From: Candidatus Altarchaeum sp.
GTDB lineage: Archaea > Altiarchaeota > Altiarchaeia > Altiarchaeales > Altiarchaeaceae
Length of the DNA: 11,621 nt
NCBI GenBank assembly: GCA_018260615.1
Contig: JAGWDQ010000126.1
Coordinates: forward strand, 11,811 to 23,431
Reading direction: 5' to 3'
This document shows, in pieces, positions 1-6,632 of the stretch. Each line of letters starts with the position of its first letter. Positions within the stretch are counted from its first letter, which is position 1. The notes under the pieces were generated by a model. It saw only the letters and a program-made list of their open reading frames with translations. It was not told the origin of the DNA and did not search any database. A program made the translations under genes and the position numbers.

Positions 1-137
1 GTGGATAAATTTTTTGTCGCATCTGCGTCTATGAGTAAAATTTTGCCAACGGCATTCATTTCGGATAAAATTTTGCCGAGATGTGCGGCGATTGTGGTTT
101 TTCCTGTGCCTCCTTTGCCGGTAATTGCGATTTTCAT
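1..137 (-). CDS. cooC: CooC/AcsF-like MinD-family nickel-insertion ATPase, 5' part (runs off the left edge)
   Basis: Reverse complement reads [46 protein letters not shown]: deviant Walker A GKGGxGKT plus DAD motif typical of CooC. Only 45 codons visible; intactness unknown. Confidence 0.7.
   Translation of the reverse strand, partial: MKIAITGKGGTGKTTIAAHLGKILSEMNAVGKILLIDADATKNLS
1..137. repeat. Direct repeat copy A of cooC 5' end (pairs with 1282-1418)
   Basis: 136/137 identical to 1282-1418; the single difference (123 vs 1404) is a synonymous Ile codon ATT/ATC. Identity stops exactly at the ATG. Confidence 0.95.
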
Positions 138-234
138 TGTAGAAATTTATGCGGCTTGAAAATTATAAAATTTATTTAATTTCAATTTAAATTCAAAATA
201 ATAATTAATATTAAAAATAAAGAGCGAAAATAAA

Positions 235-372
235 ATGACTGATGTGTGTCTGACTATAACCTGCCCTAACAGGCAACCAGCATATTACAGGAAGCAATTA
301 AACAAGATGTTCCAAAAAAAGAAATTAACCATAGACAATGTTATGGGAGAATTGGAAAGGTTAGAGAAATAA
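235..372 (+). CDS. Small hypothetical ORF (45 aa), possibly a gene remnant
   Basis: ATG at 235 to TAA at 372: MTDVCLTITCPNRQPAYYRKQLNKMFQKKKLTIDNVMGELERLEK; less AT-rich than its flanks; no family recognised. Confidence 0.25.
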   Translation: MTDVCLTITCPNRQPAYYRKQLNKMFQKKKLTIDNVMGELERLEK

Positions 373-482
373 ATCAGTTGAGACATTGTTAAAAATCTTA
401 AAATCAATAATTTAAATTTGAACAACCTAAAAATTTAATTATTTATTTATCAAAATTTAATACAACACATTAAAAATATAAA

Positions 483-797
483 ATGATCTCTAAAATCAAT
501 AAAACAGGAAACAAAAGCAAATTTGTAGTTTTTGGAGAGGCGAATCATGCAAAATTGCCATTAAAAAAGAAAACAGTAACCACAAATGAATTATATTTTC
601 TTTTACAGGAGATAAACACCCGGTTGGAAAACATAGAATCACAAGTATATGAAAATACAATGGCAGAAGAAATAACTGACGAAATAGAAATTTATAACAA
701 TCCGCAGGTTATGGCAGATATTAAAGAAACTATCAGGAAATGCGATAAGGATATAAAACTTGGGAAGGTGTGTGATATTAACGACCTCATTGAATAA
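483..797 (+). CDS. Putative antitoxin (archaeal RelB-like) of TA pair 1
   Basis: Small acidic protein ending ...DIKLGKVCDINDLIE, stop 4 bp before a RelE-like frame; true start may be downstream of 483. Confidence 0.6.
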   Translation: MISKINKTGNKSKFVVFGEANHAKLPLKKKTVTTNELYFLLQEINTRLENIESQVYENTMAEEITDEIEIYNNPQVMADIKETIRKCDKDIKLGKVCDINDLIE

Positions 798-801
798 TAA
801 T

Positions 802-1043
802 ATGTATAAAGTAATCATCTCCGAAACCTTTCAAAAAGAGGTTGAAAACTTAAGAAATAAAAATCTTGAGCAGGACACATACAAGAAACTAAAAACCCCT
901 GAAGCAGAGCCGATAAATATCCTTATGCTCGCCATGAGTTAAGACAGTATCGCAAAATAAGGATAGGTAAACTGAGGGTGTTGTATGAGATAGTTGGTGA
1001 TATAGTTTACCCTAAAAAATTAATCAAACGGCACAGATATTAA
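802..1043 (+). pseudogene. relE: RelE/ParE-family toxin, frameshifted near 910-912
   Basis: Frame from 802: MYKVIISETFQKEVENLRNKNLEQDTYKKLKTPEAEP; frame from 912: DKYPYARHELRQYRKIRIGKLRVLYEIVGDIVYPKKLIKRHRY*. Adding one base joins them into an 80-aa RelE-like protein with the YRxRxGxxRxxY-type motif. Confidence 0.85.
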
Positions 1044-1109
1044 AGTGCAAACTGACGAATGCAGGAAATTTAAATTTTTTGAATTTTCAGCCATAAATTT
1101 TGTTCAAAA

Positions 1110-1418
1110 TCATATTTCCAACACATTTAATATATCTTTATGAACCTCTTCAAGACATCTGTTTCCATCAACAAACACAACATCAGGGTTTAAATTTACC
1201 AGTCCGTTTTCCAATCGTGCTTTCTTTTCACTTATGCCCTTTATTTTGTTTACCCGAGTTATATTTTCATATCTGAGAAACGTGGATAAATTTTTTGTCG
1301 CATCTGCGTCTATGAGTAAAATTTTGCCAACGGCATTCATTTCGGATAAAATTTTGCCGAGATGTGCGGCGATTGTGGTTTTTCCTGTGCCTCCTTTGCC
1401 GGTGATTGCGATTTTCAT
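1110..1418 (-). pseudogene. cooC: Truncated cooC-like ATPase (102 aa)
   Basis: Walker A, DAD and the LNPDV segment are present, but it stops at NVLEI* where CooC (about 250 aa) continues into the Cys-x-Cys nickel site; downstream frame is closed. Confidence 0.75.
1282..1418. repeat. Direct repeat copy B of cooC 5' end (pairs with 1-137; may extend further left than can be tested)
   Basis: 136/137 identity with 1-137. Confidence 0.95.
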
Positions 1419-1430
1419 ATTTATTTGTTA

Positions 1431-1446
1431 TTTATGTCAACATAAA
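1431..1446. promoter_or_regulatory. 7-2-7 inverted repeat, possible operator upstream of cooC copy B
   Basis: TTTATGT-CA-ACATAAA, 13-28 bp upstream of the ATG at 1418; AT-rich context lowers significance. Confidence 0.3.
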
Positions 1447-1501
1447 ATTTAGTGAATCACAAATATCAGGTTATGCTATATGCCATGAGATTTTGTATAT
1501 C

Positions 1502-1765
1502 TTAATATGCTCTTCCTCTTTTGTCTATCTCCGATATTAGTATTTCATTTTTGTCATGAAAAACAACATACAGAATCCTATAATCCCCTACACGGACTCT
1601 AAACACTTTTTCTTTTTTACCTACAACTCTTTTAGCATCTGAAGGGAACGGATCAACGGACAATTTTTTGATTTACTTCATAAGTCGGTCATAGAGTTTT
1701 TTTTGAGATTTTTCGGCAAATTCAAGAAAACGAGTGGCATTGGAACCAAGATAAATTCCGAACAT
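1502..1765 (-). pseudogene. relE: RelE-family toxin with in-frame nonsense codon
   Basis: MFGIYLGSNATRFLEFAEKSQKKLYDRLMK*IKKLSVDPFPSDAKRVVGKKEKVFRVRVGDYRILYVVFHDKNEILISEIDKRGRAY*; canonical FRVRVGDYRILY motif; TAA at 1675-1673; starts 2 bp after the antitoxin stop. Not in the ORF track. Confidence 0.92.
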
Positions 1766-1767
1766 TT

Positions 1768-1971
1768 TTATTTCTGTATTTCTTTCTCAAAATCTTCTAA
1801 AAGTATTGTCTTTTTTTTATTATGTTCTTCCAAACTTTCTTCAAGATTTATTTCCTCATCAGGGGTCAAAATAGTATCTGCATCAACCATATGTGCTTTA
1901 ATATATTCCAGGTCATTTCTTATTGCCATCAGCACAGTTGTAATCTCTTCTGTAACGAGTACATAAGTCAT
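1768..1971 (-). CDS. Antitoxin of TA pair 2 (archaeal RelB-like)
   Basis: 67-aa acidic protein (..MVDADTILTPDEEINLEESLEE..) directly upstream of the RelE frame. Confidence 0.75.
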   Translation of the reverse strand: MTYVLVTEEITTVLMAIRNDLEYIKAHMVDADTILTPDEEINLEESLEEHNKKKTILLEDFEKEIQK

Positions 1972-1990
1972 TTTATTTTAACTATTTATT

Positions 1991-2098
1991 AATTAGTGTT
2001 CATCCACAAAGTATAAAATTTTGAAAAAATTTTAACTTTTTAAAGGTAAATTATTATGTTTTTGACAAAAATTATTAGTTTATGGATGGACACTAATT
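1991..2098. mobile_element. MITE-like or internally deleted IS bounded by terminal inverted repeats
   Basis: AATTAGTGTTCATCCACAAA (1991-2010) versus reverse complement of 2079-2098 AATTAGTGTCCATCCATAAA: 18/20 identical; non-coding AT-rich interior; TA at both ends (1994-95, 2094-95) could be a target duplication. Family not assigned. Confidence 0.65.
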
Positions 2099-2223
2099 AT
2101 TCCATTCGCACCTAAAGATGCCAGGAATAAAGGCAATATCGGAAATATAATCTCACTGCTTACATCTGTAATAAAACTGACTATTCCCAATAAAATTATA
2201 TTCGGATGTATTTTTTTATCCAT
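2080..2223 (-). pseudogene. MFS transporter N-terminal fragment
   Basis: MDKKIHPNIILLGIVSFITDVSSEIIFPILPLFLASLGANGII(SVHP*): typical first helix of a common MFS_1 group (LGxVSFxTDxSSExIxPILPLFL); the frame runs into the TIR at 2098 and stops. Not in the ORF track. Confidence 0.8.
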
Positions 2224-2292
2224 TTCATAAGTTATGATACGAAATAAATTTAGGAATATGTATTTCCTTACTAAATTTACTTTATCTAAATT

Positions 2293-2361
2293 TCACCTTT
2301 TTTTCTCAAATTTATTCAAAATCAAAACACCTGCAATTCCGATAATTGCCGAAATACCGAA
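2293..2361 (-). repeat. Copy 1 of ccdA-like 3' end
   Basis: 60/69 nt identical to 10722-10790; encodes FGISAIIGIAGVLILNKFEKKR*. Confidence 0.9.
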
Positions 2362-2397
2362 AAATTTAAGAATGTTCTTGAAAAATTTGATTGACAT
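2293..2397 (-). CDS. Possible 34-aa membrane peptide
   Basis: ATG at 2397 in frame with repeat copy 1: MSIKFFKNILKFFGISAIIGIAGVLILNKFEKKR*. May be only a displaced gene end. Confidence 0.25.
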   Translation of the reverse strand: MSIKFFKNILKFFGISAIIGIAGVLILNKFEKKR

Positions 2398-2459
2398 TAT
2401 TAAACAATTATTTACAATAATAATTATTTAAATAATATACAAACCAAAAATGAGATAAA

Positions 2460-2882
2460 ATGCCCAAAAATAATCGTTCAAAAATAACACAAACGCCTTC
2501 ATCTTACGATGTAAAGCAGGGATTATCTCTTTTTATGGATAAAGATATCGGAGCGGCAAATAAAAAGAGTAAGATAAAAAATTTACCAGAGGATCAACGG
2601 CCACGAGAAAAAATGTTAAAATATAGCCCGGAAGAACTTTCTGATGCTGAACTTTTGGCAATAATTTTAAGAACTGGCACTAAAGGTAAGTCAGCGATAG
2701 AACTAGCAGAAGAACTTTTAGAAAGTGTTGGAGGTTCATTTAAAGGGTTTTCGGGAAGAGATATAAAAGATATAACAAAGATCAAGGGCATAAAAAATGC
2801 AAAACTTGTTGCTATTGCAGCCACAATGGAAATTGCTCACAGAATTTTAAAACAGGCATTTAGAGAAAAAGGAATATTTTAA
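2460..2882 (+). CDS. radC: RadC/UPF0758 N-terminal helix-hairpin-helix domain protein lacking the JAB domain
   Basis: IKNLPEDQRPREK..LSDAELLAIILRTG..SAIELAEELL..KIKGIKNAK..AATMEI matches the RadC N-terminus; ends cleanly at 140 aa, 10 bp before the next ATG. Confidence 0.85.
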   Translation: MPKNNRSKITQTPSSYDVKQGLSLFMDKDIGAANKKSKIKNLPEDQRPREKMLKYSPEELSDAELLAIILRTGTKGKSAIELAEELLESVGGSFKGFSGRDIKDITKIKGIKNAKLVAIAATMEIAHRILKQAFREKGIF

Positions 2883-2892
2883 ATAATTTAAG

Positions 2893-4902
2893 ATGGAAAA
2901 ATTATCAGATACATTTTCAATAAAAACAACGGAAGAGCGGATAAAAACAACGCGTGAAATTTTGGATGTTATTTTTAAGGATCCGCAAATTAAATATGGC
3001 TTGAGGGAATTTTCCAAACTAAAAATTGAGGAGGTCATCACAGTTTTTGAAAAAGAGCAATGTAAATTTTATGTCCGTTGTCTCAAGCGTGATAAGGATA
3101 TTTTGGTTTATGATAGAAATAAAAATATTGGCAAACCGGAAGAAATTGTCAGGCAGTTATGGCTTGTTCGTTTGATAAAAGATTATCACTATCCGATGGA
3201 AAGAATTGAATTAGAAAAAAATATACAATTCGGCCGAGAAATACGCGCCAAAGCTGTTGATATTGTTGTTTATCAAGAAGATAAAACCACACCTTATATC
3301 ATCATTGAAGTAAAAAGTCCAACAGAAGAAAGAGGAATTGATCAATTGAAAACATATCTTAATGCCGAAGGATCACCGATTGGAGTATGGTCAAATGGCA
3401 AGGAGCGCGTTATTTTATATCGCCCTTACCCAAAACAATTTGAAGATACACTCACAGAAATTCCCAGAGTAAACCAAACCATAAACGATGTGTTAAAAGA
3501 AAGAAAAACGCTTGATAAACTCACTTCCGATTATGACTTGACAGAACGAATTAAAATTTTAGAGGAGTTGGTTTTGGCAAACTCTGGTTTTGATGTATTT
3601 CAGGAAGTATTCAAGATGATTTATGCCAAACTTTACGATGAAAAAGAGGCAATGTCACGTCCTGATCATGAAGTATATTTCCGCAAATCCAAAGACCCAA
3701 AATTTACCTTTGATGTAATAAATCGCCTATTCAAGGATGCTATTGAGGAGTGGCCTGGAATGTTTCTGCGCCAGGAAGAAATCCAACTTACTCCGGATCC
3801 TCTATCGATTTGTATTGGTCAGATGGAAGACATAAAACTCTTTGATACCAATCTTGAAATCGTTGACGCTGCTTTTGAGTATCTTTTGCCGGAAGTGGCA
3901 AAGGGTAAGAAGGGACAATACTTCACTCCTCGCCATGTTGTTGATATGGCTGTAAAAATGTTAAATCCGTGTGATAAAGAATATATCATTGACCCGGCAG
4001 CGGGTTCAGGCGGTTTTCTTATTCATGCGATGCAATGGGTTTGGAATCATGATTTGAAAAATGCACAGCACGAAAAACAAATAGAATATGCAGGACGCTA
4101 TCTTTACGGAATTGATTTTGATGATAAACCAGTAAAAATTGCACGCGCCTTAATGCTTATTGCCGGGGACGGCCGCTCAAACATTTTTAGGTTAAATTCA
4201 CTTAACCCGCGTGAGTGGCAAGGTTCAGATTCAGAAAAAGAGAAAGCGCGTGCAAATCTTCGCGAGAGATTACTAAAAACCAACAATTATGAAAAAGACA
4301 AAGAAAATGGAGAAACATTCCGTAATTTCGCTTTTGACATTCTTCTTACCAATCCGCCGTTTGCCGGAGAAATAAGAGAACAGCTTTTACTTCGTGATTA
4401 TGAACTTGCCAAAAATAAGAAAGGCAAACTTGCAAACAAGGTAGAACGTGATCTCCTTTTTATTGAACGGGCTTTGCAATTGATAAGACCTGGTGGCCGA
4501 TTAGCAATTGTTCTTCCGCAAGGAAAATTGAATAATACCAATATAGAATATGTTCGCCAGTGGCTTATGGATAAAGCCAGAATTTTAGCAGTCGTTGGTC
4601 TTAATCTAAATACTTTTAAACCACATACAGGTACAAAAACATCTATTCTATTTTTACAAAAATGGAATGATGATCCTAAAATTGGTCCGCTAAATATATA
4701 TCAAGAAGATTATCCGATTTTTATGGCAGTTTCTAAAAAATCGGGCAAAAATAATTCTGGCGACTATGTTTATAAAAAAGACGAAAAAGGAAAGATTATC
4801 CTGGATGAAAAAAGCAGGCGAATTTTAGATCACGATTTAGATGAAATTGCCGAGACGTTTATCAAATTTGCTAAAGAACAAAAATTTACCTTTTGGGAAT
4901 AA
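2893..4902 (+). CDS. Fused PD-(D/E)xK endonuclease (HsdR-N-like) and N6-adenine DNA methyltransferase
   Basis: N-terminal PEEIVRQ..AVDIVVY..IIIEVK nuclease motifs; MTase GQYFTPRHVV, motif I DPAAGSGGFL, motif IV NPPF. Confidence 0.92.
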   Translation: MEKLSDTFSIKTTEERIKTTREILDVIFKDPQIKYGLREFSKLKIEEVITVFEKEQCKFYVRCLKRDKDILVYDRNKNIGKPEEIVRQLWLVRLIKDYHYPMERIELEKNIQFGREIRAKAVDIVVYQEDKTTPYIIIEVKSPTEERGIDQLKTYLNAEGSPIGVWSNGKERVILYRPYPKQFEDTLTEIPRVNQTINDVLKERKTLDKLTSDYDLTERIKILEELVLANSGFDVFQEVFKMIYAKLYDEKEAMSRPDHEVYFRKSKDPKFTFDVINRLFKDAIEEWPGMFLRQEEIQLTPDPLSICIGQMEDIKLFDTNLEIVDAAFEYLLPEVAKGKKGQYFTPRHVVDMAVKMLNPCDKEYIIDPAAGSGGFLIHAMQWVWNHDLKNAQHEKQIEYAGRYLYGIDFDDKPVKIARALMLIAGDGRSNIFRLNSLNPREWQGSDSEKEKARANLRERLLKTNNYEKDKENGETFRNFAFDILLTNPPFAGEIREQLLLRDYELAKNKKGKLANKVERDLLFIERALQLIRPGGRLAIVLPQGKLNNTNIEYVRQWLMDKARILAVVGLNLNTFKPHTGTKTSILFLQKWNDDPKIGPLNIYQEDYPIFMAVSKKSGKNNSGDYVYKKDEKGKIILDEKSRRILDHDLDEIAETFIKFAKEQKFTFWE

Positions 4903-4904
4903 AA

Positions 4905-6263
4905 ATGATTACTTATTCCATCATCCAAAAATCTCAACTTGAAGGCGGTTTGCGGATGGACGCGGAATACTATCAGCAGGAGTATTTAAATACTTTTGAA
5001 AAATTAAAAATTTTTCAAACTAAAAGTATTGGAGAAATTAGTAAAGTGGTTTATGGAACAACTCCATCAGGTGGAGTTTTCGAAAAGCGAGGGATTCCAT
5101 TTATTAGGTCACAAAATTTTTCACTTTTAAGTATTGTCGACGATTTTGTTTTTTGTTCAGAAGATTTTCATAAGCAAAATAAAAAATCTAAAGTTGTTTC
5201 AGGTGATATTTTATTTGCAGCAGTTGGTGCTACAATAGGTCAAGTTGCTGTTATCCAAGAAAATATTAAGGAAGCAAATATAAATCAAAATATAGCCGCA
5301 GTAAAAATAAAAGATGAAAAGTTTAATCCATATTTTGTCGGATTATTTTTTGCGTCTTATTTTGGTCAGTTACAAATCGAAAGGTTGGTAACAGGTAACG
5401 CACAATTTTATATTAACTCAGAACAAATTAGGAATTTTGTTGTTCCGATTTTGAACAAAAAATTTCAAGATGAAATTGCTGAAATTATTCAAAATGTCCA
5501 AAAAGAATTAGAAAATTCAAAAGTCCTTTATTCACAAGCCGAGGATTTACTTTTGGATGGGTTGGAGTTAAAGGATTTTAAAGTTGAGAGTGATTTATCT
5601 TATATTGTCAATCTTTCCGAAATAAAATCCACCCATCGTGCGGATGCCGAATACTTCCAGCCAAAGTATGATAAATTAATATCAAAAATCAAGAATCAAA
5701 ATGCAAAAATGCTCGGTGATTTGACCTCAATGAAAAAAGGAATTGAACCTGGTGGTGATGTCTATCAGGACGGGGGAAAACTTTTTATTCGTGTTAGCAG
5801 TGTTTCAAAGCAGGGATTGATTGATAAAGACCAAAAATATTTAAGCAATGAATTATATCAAAATTTGAAAAATAATTTTGAACCCGAAATTGGTGAAATT
5901 TTGCTTACGAAAGATGCAACACCTGGAATTGCTTATGTATTAAAGGAAAAAGTTGAAGGTGTTGTTTCAAGTGGAATTATGCGATTAAAACTCAAAGAAG
6001 ATGTTGAGTCAGAATATTTATCACTTTGTATAAATTCTGTTATAGGTAAAATGCAAATTGAACGAGATTCAGGAGGGTCAATAATTGAGCACTGGAAACC
6101 TGAGCAAATTAAAAATTTACAAATTCCTATTTTGTCAAAATCAGTTCAGCAAAAAATTGCTGATTTGGTTCAAAAATCTCACAAAGCCCGCAAAAAAGCA
6201 AATGAATTATTAGAGGCGGCGAAAAAAACAATTGAAATTGCCATTGAGAATAACAAAAAATAA
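4905..6263 (+). CDS. hsdS: HsdS-like specificity subunit with two target-recognition domains
   Basis: ATG at 4905 (2 bp after the MTase stop; ORF track uses TTG 4893). Two halves each starting R-x-DAEY(Y/F)Q and ending in Q..I..IVQ coiled-coil spacers; GxTP, FIR, GDILF/GEILL motifs. Confidence 0.9.
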   Translation: MITYSIIQKSQLEGGLRMDAEYYQQEYLNTFEKLKIFQTKSIGEISKVVYGTTPSGGVFEKRGIPFIRSQNFSLLSIVDDFVFCSEDFHKQNKKSKVVSGDILFAAVGATIGQVAVIQENIKEANINQNIAAVKIKDEKFNPYFVGLFFASYFGQLQIERLVTGNAQFYINSEQIRNFVVPILNKKFQDEIAEIIQNVQKELENSKVLYSQAEDLLLDGLELKDFKVESDLSYIVNLSEIKSTHRADAEYFQPKYDKLISKIKNQNAKMLGDLTSMKKGIEPGGDVYQDGGKLFIRVSSVSKQGLIDKDQKYLSNELYQNLKNNFEPEIGEILLTKDATPGIAYVLKEKVEGVVSSGIMRLKLKEDVESEYLSLCINSVIGKMQIERDSGGSIIEHWKPEQIKNLQIPILSKSVQQKIADLVQKSHKARKKANELLEAAKKTIEIAIENNKK

Positions 6264-6371
6264 GTATCAAAGTATATTTCTAAAATAAAATTTCAAAGGT
6301 ACATCATTCACATTACAACGAATTTTGTCAGATTTAAATTTATCCACAATTCTTTATTTATTTCATTTATT

Positions 6372-6449
6372 TCACTTTCTTTTCTCAAATTTTTCCAAAA
6401 TCAAAACCCCGGCAATTCCGATAATCGCAGAAATACCAAAGAGAATCAG
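6372..6449 (-). repeat. Copy 2 of ccdA-like 3' end
   Basis: 70/78 nt identical to 10722-10799; all 8 differences synonymous; encodes LILFGISAIIGIAGVLILEKFEKRK*, with an in-frame ATG at 6452. Confidence 0.92.
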
Positions 6450-6593
6450 CATCCCCGTGGATAAGTGCAGGAATTTCTGACCGCCATGTTGGTTTATTGG
6501 AGATACTAAATTTTAGAATTTATTAGTTAGTGCAATTTAAATTTAAAGTCACTATAAACATCCATTCATAATTAACACTTCCAAAAAATTAAT

Positions 6594-6618
6594 ACTGTCA
6601 GCCAATTCGGCTGACAGT
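6594..6618 (-). terminator. Hairpin terminator after the CLC gene
   Basis: ACTGTCAGCC-AATTC-GGCTGACAGT perfect 10-bp stem 14 bp after the stop, followed on the minus strand by ATTAATTTTTT. Confidence 0.7.
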
Positions 6619-6632
6619 TCTTTGCTTTGTGT

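Noticed and set aside
760-942. 60-aa ORF as an independent gene
   Set aside because: It is the 5' half of the frameshifted RelE (real start 802) plus out-of-frame tail.
1415-1442. dif-like site (TTATGTCAACA resembles the XerD arm)
   Set aside because: No XerC-like or symmetric partner arm at 6-bp spacing.
1673-1675. Stop-codon reassignment explaining the TAA inside RelE
   Set aside because: TAA terminates most genes in the window.
1234-1966. Plus-strand ORFs 1234-1452 and 1703-1966
   Set aside because: Antisense shadows of cooC and of TA pair 2; no recognisable motifs.
2423-2436. Perfect palindrome ATTATTTAAATAAT upstream of radC, and TTAATTAATTAA at 9129-9140
   Set aside because: Pure A/T palindromes are expected by chance in these intergenic regions.
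2234-4286. ORFs 2234-2431, 2594-2824, 2847-3041, 4104-4286
   Set aside because: Antisense or overlapping to better-supported frames (repeat copy 1, radC, RM gene).
6440-6476. IPAL + STG upstream of copy 2 as an IPTL-CTERM-like sorting signal
   Set aside because: Needs a frameshift, no upstream secreted protein, and spacing differs from the IPTLxxxG pattern.
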